A stretch of DNA of 40,840 nucleotides from Verrucomicrobiota bacterium (GTDB lineage: Bacteria > Verrucomicrobiota > Verrucomicrobiia > Limisphaerales > UBA1096), in the NCBI GenBank assembly GCA_030747575.1, contig JASLKI010000258.1, positions 1-40,840 of the forward strand. The letters are read 5' to 3'. A program made the position numbers and the translations under genes. The notes below the pieces were generated by a model that saw nothing but the letters and a program-made list of their open reading frames with translations, searched no databases and was not told where the DNA came from. Positions 36,423 through 40,840 of this stretch are shown one piece after another. The stretch's first letter is position 1; each line of letters begins with the position of its first letter.

Positions 36423-37706
36423 ATGGCCACCTTCCAATACGAAGCCGTCAATAACAAGAGTGGTAAGACTGAGAAGGGCGAACTACCCGCCGCCAGTCAG
36501 CCCGAGGCGTTGGCTCGGTTGCAGGAGATGGGGTTGCATCCCACCAAGGTGGAGCAAGCCAAGGCCGCCTCAAAGAGAACCAAACCGGGGAAAGGTAAAA
36601 AGGGTGCCAAAAAGGGTGTCGGGCAGATGGAGATCAACATCCCTGGCCTTGGGGGCAGGGTTAAGGAAAAGATTCTCACGATCTTCACCCGGCAGTTGGC
36701 CCAGTTGACTTCCGCCGGCTTGCCTCTTCTCACCGGTCTAAAGGTGCTTCAGAAACAGGAAAAGGACGCCACATTAAGGCGCGTCTTGGGTGAAATGTCC
36801 GAGGTGATCGAGGGCGGCGGCACGTTCTCCGAGGGTTTGGCTCAGCACCCCAAGGTTTTCAACAAGCTGTTTGTCAGCATGGTCAAAGCGGGTGAGTTGG
36901 GTGGTGTCCTTGAGGTGGTCCTCGACCGCTTGGCCATGTTCATGGAAAAAGCCATGAAAATTAAAGGCAAGGTCAAAGCTGCCATGTTTTATCCGATAGC
37001 GGTGTTGGTGGTTGCGGTGGTGATCATGGGCATCCTTTTGGTGTTCGTCATCCCTAAATTCAAGGACGTGTTTTCTGACATGCTGGGTAAGGACGGGTTG
37101 CCGGATTTTACCGAATTCGTGTTATCCATTAGTGACACGGTTCGCTTGAACGCCATGGGGACAATGTGCGGTGTTTTTGCCTGTTTTTTCACGTTTTCGA
37201 TGATTGGCCGGACAAACTTTGGCCGTTACATTCTCGATAAAATGAGCCTTGTTTTCCCTGTCATTGGCCCCGTGGTGGAGCGGGTGGCGATTGCCCGTTT
37301 TGCACGGACGCTTGGCACTCTAATCAATTCCGGTGTGCCGATTCTCCAGGCGCTCAATATCGTCAAGGACACTTCAGGCAACGTGGTCGTGTCGCGTGCG
37401 GTTCAGGATGTCCACGACAGCGTGAAGGAGGGTGAAACCATCGTCGCACCGCTGGATGCTTCCCGCGTGTTCCCTCCGATGGTTATAAGCATGGTGGATG
37501 TCGGCGAAAAAACCGGTGATATGCCACAGATGCTCGAGAAAATCGCCGACACCTACGATGAGGAGGTTGATCGCGCCGTGGAATCTCTCACATCGTTGAT
37601 CGAGCCCATCATGATTGTTTTCCTCGCCGTAATCGTTGGCGGTATCGTGATCGCCATGTTCCTGCCTTTGATTGTCATGATCGAGAGCTTGGGCGGGGCG
37701 GAGTAG
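36423..37706 (+). CDS. pilC: Type IV pilus platform protein (GspF/PilC family)
   Basis: MATFQYEAVN start, duplicated T2SSF-type domains (FTRQLAQLTSAGLPLL and FARTLGTLINSGVPIL), and three TM segments. Confidence 0.9.
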   Translation: MATFQYEAVNNKSGKTEKGELPAASQPEALARLQEMGLHPTKVEQAKAASKRTKPGKGKKGAKKGVGQMEINIPGLGGRVKEKILTIFTRQLAQLTSAGLPLLTGLKVLQKQEKDATLRRVLGEMSEVIEGGGTFSEGLAQHPKVFNKLFVSMVKAGELGGVLEVVLDRLAMFMEKAMKIKGKVKAAMFYPIAVLVVAVVIMGILLVFVIPKFKDVFSDMLGKDGLPDFTEFVLSISDTVRLNAMGTMCGVFACFFTFSMIGRTNFGRYILDKMSLVFPVIGPVVERVAIARFARTLGTLINSGVPILQALNIVKDTSGNVVVSRAVQDVHDSVKEGETIVAPLDASRVFPPMVISMVDVGEKTGDMPQMLEKIADTYDEEVDRAVESLTSLIEPIMIVFLAVIVGGIVIAMFLPLIVMIESLGGAE

Positions 37707-37768
37707 CCGAGCTTGGTTGAGTCGGCTCAGTCCAGTCCCTTAATGCAATTGGTCGTGCGTTTGGGTAA

Positions 37769-39220
37769 ATGGGCATGAACTGTAAGGCAGACAAAAGACA
37801 GCTCACCCGCCGTTTGGCCGAGATCGTTGGCAAAGATGCCGTGCTTGACGACGAGCGGGAACTCGTGGTGTACGAGTGCGACGCCTACACGCTCCAAAGG
37901 AACCCCCCAACTGCAGTTGTGCTGCCCCGATCCACACAGGAAGTGGCGGCGGTCGTCCGCCTTTGCGCCGAGATGGGCGTGCCCGTCATCCCGCGCGGAG
38001 CCGGCACCAGTCTCAGCGGTGCAGTACTTGCGGTCGATGGCGGCGTGATGATCGCGCTCACCCGGATGAACCGGGTGCTAAACATCGATCCGCGCAACCG
38101 CCGGGCACTCGTCGAGGCGGGCTGCGTCAACGCGTGGATAACCCGTAACGCGTCGGCGCACGGATTGTTTTATGCGCCGGATCCATCGAGCCAGACGGCC
38201 TGCACGATCGGCGGCAACATCGCTACCAACTCCGGCGGGCCGCACACGCTGAAAAACGGGGTCACTACCAATCACGTGCTCGGCTACGAGATGGTGTTGC
38301 CGGACGGTGCAATTGAATGGCTTGGCGTTGAACCCGATGGCGGTGAGGAGGTGGCCGGGTTCGATTTGCGCGGCGCGGCGATCGGCTCGGAGGGGATGTT
38401 CGGTGTCGTGACGAGGGTGTTGGTTCGCCTCATGAAAACGCCGCCGGCGTTCAAGACCTTCCTCTGTGTTTTCGAAAGTGTGGACGAGGCCAGCCAGGCT
38501 GTGAGCGGCATTATTGCCGCGGGGATTGTGCCAGCAGCACTGGAGATGATGGATCAACTTATCACCCAGGCGCTTGAGGAGGCGTATCACTTCGGCTTCC
38601 CGCTCGATGCCGGTGCGGTGCTGATCGTTGAGCTGGACGGCTTGACCAAGGGCGTGGAGCAACAGGCCAAGCGGGTCGAGGAGGTTTGCCGCCAAAACAA
38701 CGCCAGCGAAGTGCGTTTGGCCAAGGACGATGCTGAGCGCACCGCCCTGTGGAAATGCCGCAAACGCGCCTTCGGTGCGATCGGTCGCCTGAGCCCCAAC
38801 TACGTCACGCAGGACGGCGTCGTGCCGCGAAGCAAACTGCCGGAAATCATGCGTTTCATCAGCTCCGTGAGTGACAAATACGAACTGCGAATCCCCAACG
38901 TCTTCCACGCCGGCGACGGCAATATTCACCCGCTGATCCTATACGATGAACGCGATCCCGACCAAGTGAAACGGGCATTGCAGGCGGGGCACGACATTCT
39001 GGGAAAATGCATCGAACTCGGCGGCAGCGTCACCGGCGAGCACGGCATCGGTGCCGAAAAAATCGACTTCATGGCGAAGCAATACAGCGGGGATGACTTA
39101 GACGCCATGCAACAGTTGCGTCACGTTTTTGATCCGAACAGACGCTCTAACCCTCACAAAATGTTCCCCGGCGCCAAGCGCTGCGCCGAGTTCGCCCAGA
39201 AGAAACAAATTCCTGCATGA
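37769..39220 (+). CDS. glcD: Glycolate oxidase subunit GlcD (FAD-linked oxidase)
   Basis: VVLPRSTQEVAAVVRLCAEMGVPVIPRGAGTSLSGA FAD-binding PCMH motif, then GSVTGEHGIG. 483 aa. Confidence 0.85.
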   Translation: MGMNCKADKRQLTRRLAEIVGKDAVLDDERELVVYECDAYTLQRNPPTAVVLPRSTQEVAAVVRLCAEMGVPVIPRGAGTSLSGAVLAVDGGVMIALTRMNRVLNIDPRNRRALVEAGCVNAWITRNASAHGLFYAPDPSSQTACTIGGNIATNSGGPHTLKNGVTTNHVLGYEMVLPDGAIEWLGVEPDGGEEVAGFDLRGAAIGSEGMFGVVTRVLVRLMKTPPAFKTFLCVFESVDEASQAVSGIIAAGIVPAALEMMDQLITQALEEAYHFGFPLDAGAVLIVELDGLTKGVEQQAKRVEEVCRQNNASEVRLAKDDAERTALWKCRKRAFGAIGRLSPNYVTQDGVVPRSKLPEIMRFISSVSDKYELRIPNVFHAGDGNIHPLILYDERDPDQVKRALQAGHDILGKCIELGGSVTGEHGIGAEKIDFMAKQYSGDDLDAMQQLRHVFDPNRRSNPHKMFPGAKRCAEFAQKKQIPA

Positions 39221-40116
39221 CGATCAAGCCGGGCTCCATTTCAGAGTTACAGGAATTGCTGCCGCAATCGCAGCGAGTGGAGGAAGTGTCACTGGAGGCT
39301 GTCGCTGAACTCATCGAGCATGTGCCAGAAGACATGACGGCAACGGTGCATGCCGGTATGTCCTTGAGCGAATTTCAGTCGCGCTTAGGCAAGGTGGGCC
39401 AGTGGTTGCCGGTAGACCCACCGCATCCGCAAGTTGTTACAATTGGCGAGTTGTTGGCCTGCAACCTCAACGGACCGAGGCGTTTCGGTTGCGGGGCGAT
39501 TCGCGACTGGGTTATCGGCATGGCCGTTGTGCTGCCGGACGGACGGCTGATTCGCAACGGCGGCAAGGTGGTCAAGAATGTTGCCGGATTCGATCTGTGC
39601 CGATTGTTCGTCGGCGCGAAAAATGAACTGGGCATCATCGTTGAGGCGGCGTTCAAGTTGCTGCCATTGCCGGAAGCGGAGGCACACTTGGCCAAGCCGT
39701 GCGAGTCGCTTGGCCAAGCAGAGGAAGTGCTCGAAAAAATCTGGGCCTCCGATCTGCAGCCGACGGTGCTCGATCTGCACCGGGTCGATGGGAAACCTCT
39801 TACATTGGTTGCTGGTTTCGCCGGGCCAAGCGCGGATATTGAGGCCCAGTCGGGTGCTGCGAACGCACTTGGTATTGTTGTAGAGACGTCACTCGATTAC
39901 GACGCCCGATTTCGCCAAACGGCTCCCTGCTTTACGTCAGTTGCTCCAGGGAAATTGATTTCAACTTTGCGGAGCCTGGGCGATGAGTCGTTCGTAGCCC
40001 GTGCGGGGAATGGTGTGATTTATCATCCCAGCGCTAAGCCAATGGGGGTTCCGTCGCTGGATTTACAGAAGAGGGTAAAGGGCATTTTTGACCCGAAAGG
40101 AGTGCTGGTCGGATGA
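39217..40116 (+). CDS. glcE: Glycolate oxidase FAD-binding subunit GlcE (short form)
   Basis: ATGA overlap with the glcD stop. NGGKVVKNVAGFDLCRLFVGA is typical of GlcE. It sits between glcD and glcF. Confidence 0.72.
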   Translation: MTIKPGSISELQELLPQSQRVEEVSLEAVAELIEHVPEDMTATVHAGMSLSEFQSRLGKVGQWLPVDPPHPQVVTIGELLACNLNGPRRFGCGAIRDWVIGMAVVLPDGRLIRNGGKVVKNVAGFDLCRLFVGAKNELGIIVEAAFKLLPLPEAEAHLAKPCESLGQAEEVLEKIWASDLQPTVLDLHRVDGKPLTLVAGFAGPSADIEAQSGAANALGIVVETSLDYDARFRQTAPCFTSVAPGKLISTLRSLGDESFVARAGNGVIYHPSAKPMGVPSLDLQKRVKGIFDPKGVLVG

Positions 40117-40840
40117 GTGCCATTGACCAATTTCTCGATGAAACAAAGGCGCTTGCCTGTGTGCATTGCGGTTTGTGCCTCTCCTCCTGCCCGACTTATC
40201 TCGAGACCGGGAATGAAAACGACTCGCCGCGTGGCCGAATTTACATCATGCGCGCCATACAGGCTGGGCGGTTGGATGTGGGGGCTGCAACGGTTCGGCA
40301 TATCGACTTGTGCCTCGGTTGCCGTGCCTGCGAGACCGCCTGCCCAAGCGGCGTGCAGTACGGGACGCTGCTGGAGGAGACGCGCGATCACATCGAGAAA
40401 CACCACAGTCGCGGCCTCTTCCAATGGCTGTTGCGCCGGCTCGTCATCGAGCAGGTTTTTCCGTTTCCGTGGCGGATGCAAGTGGCTTTGTGGCCGGTGC
40501 GGGTCATTCGTTTTTTACGGCTTGGATTTTTGCTGCCCAAGTTTGCACGGGAAATGATGGAACTGCTGCCGCAACAGTTGACCAAGGGCAATCTGCCCGC
40601 CAAGCGCTTGGTCAAGGTGGAGGCGAAGGGGCAGGTTGGATTCATCGAGGGCTGCGTAATGCAGGGCATGTTCGGCGACACGAACGAATCGAGCGTCGAG
40701 TTGCTCAACCGCGACGGCTGGGATGTAATCACACCAAGGAGGCAGGGCTGCTGCGGCGCGTTGTACGCCCACAGTGGGCAACTGGCCAAGGCACGCGATT
40801 GTGCTCGGCGCAACATTGCGGCGTTTGAGAATGAACCGCT
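40113..40840 (+). CDS. glcF: Glycolate oxidase iron-sulfur subunit GlcF, 3'-truncated by the window end
   Basis: My own translation from ATG 40113 (ATGA overlap with the glcE stop) is MSAIDQFLDETKALACVHCGLCLSSCPTYLETGNENDSPRGRIYIMRA...DLCLGCRACETACPSGV, with two CxxCxxCxxxCP ferredoxin motifs. The frame stays open to position 40840, so it is absent from the ORF track. Confidence 0.82.
   Translation, partial: MSAIDQFLDETKALACVHCGLCLSSCPTYLETGNENDSPRGRIYIMRAIQAGRLDVGAATVRHIDLCLGCRACETACPSGVQYGTLLEETRDHIEKHHSRGLFQWLLRRLVIEQVFPFPWRMQVALWPVRVIRFLRLGFLLPKFAREMMELLPQQLTKGNLPAKRLVKVEAKGQVGFIEGCVMQGMFGDTNESSVELLNRDGWDVITPRRQGCCGALYAHSGQLAKARDCARRNIAAFENEP

Noticed and set aside
37705-37727. Hairpin agccga-N11-tcggct after pilC as an intrinsic terminator
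   Set aside because: The stem is only 6 bp, the loop is large, and no T-run follows.
38078-38929. 283-aa minus-strand ORF inside glcD
   Set aside because: It is an antisense shadow. glcD has the FAD-binding PCMH motif in the plus frame.
1-40840. tRNA, rRNA, tmRNA, transposase, integrase, toxin-antitoxin or known defence genes
   Set aside because: I found no cloverleaf-like sequence with a GTTCGAATC-type T-arm, no rRNA-like conserved blocks, and no ORF with recombinase, transposase or nuclease-type defence motifs. This was done by eye only, so small RNAs could have been missed.

Overview
This 40.8-kb window has two compositionally distinct parts. Positions 1 to about 3277 are AT-rich (roughly one third G+C by eye) with low coding density. 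This part carries a small membrane protein gene with a perfect 30-bp in-frame tandem duplication, an 85-aa secreted or anchored protein, a secreted PI-PLC-like phosphodiesterase, and a duplicated noncoding element. From about 3278 onward the DNA is GC-rich (well over half G+C by eye) and tightly packed with mostly housekeeping genes, many with ATGA or TGATG start/stop overlaps. These include a DHOD-family oxidoreductase, coaE, a DUF2203 protein, a TPR lipoprotein, an untracked 33-aa bS22-like basic peptide, hisG, purN, miaE, a TAT-signal Gfo/Idh/MocA oxidoreductase, a metallophosphoesterase and accA. They continue with a secreted protein plus an H-X9-DG prepilin-type protein, an RlmI-like methyltransferase, a CPBP protease, hisC, hisD, an SNF2 helicase, a DUF1214-like protein, a sulfotransferase, an SDR, an IlvD/Edd dehydratase, rph, a histidine phosphatase and a BadF/NagK-type kinase. 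The right end holds a type IV pilus motor cluster (pilB-pilT-pilB'-pilC) and glcD-glcE-glcF, with glcF running off the window and absent from the ORF track. The H-X9-DG pseudopilin and the TAT-signal Gfo/Idh/MocA enzyme suggest a PVC-superphylum (probably Verrucomicrobiota) chromosome; this is an inference. I saw no tRNA, rRNA, CRISPR array, transposase, integrase or recognisable defence operon, and no convincing new multi-gene system. The strongest unexplained signal is at the sequence level. The palindrome CTTGGCCAAG (core TTGGCCAA) occurs at least 17 times in the GC-rich 37.6 kb, against a rough random expectation below one. It sits mostly in one reading register regardless of gene strand. 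A second-register palindrome, CCAAGCGCTTGG, is built from the same half-site. This resembles the highly iterated palindromes or uptake-type sequences of other phyla. The AT-rich left end is a candidate foreign island or assembly join.
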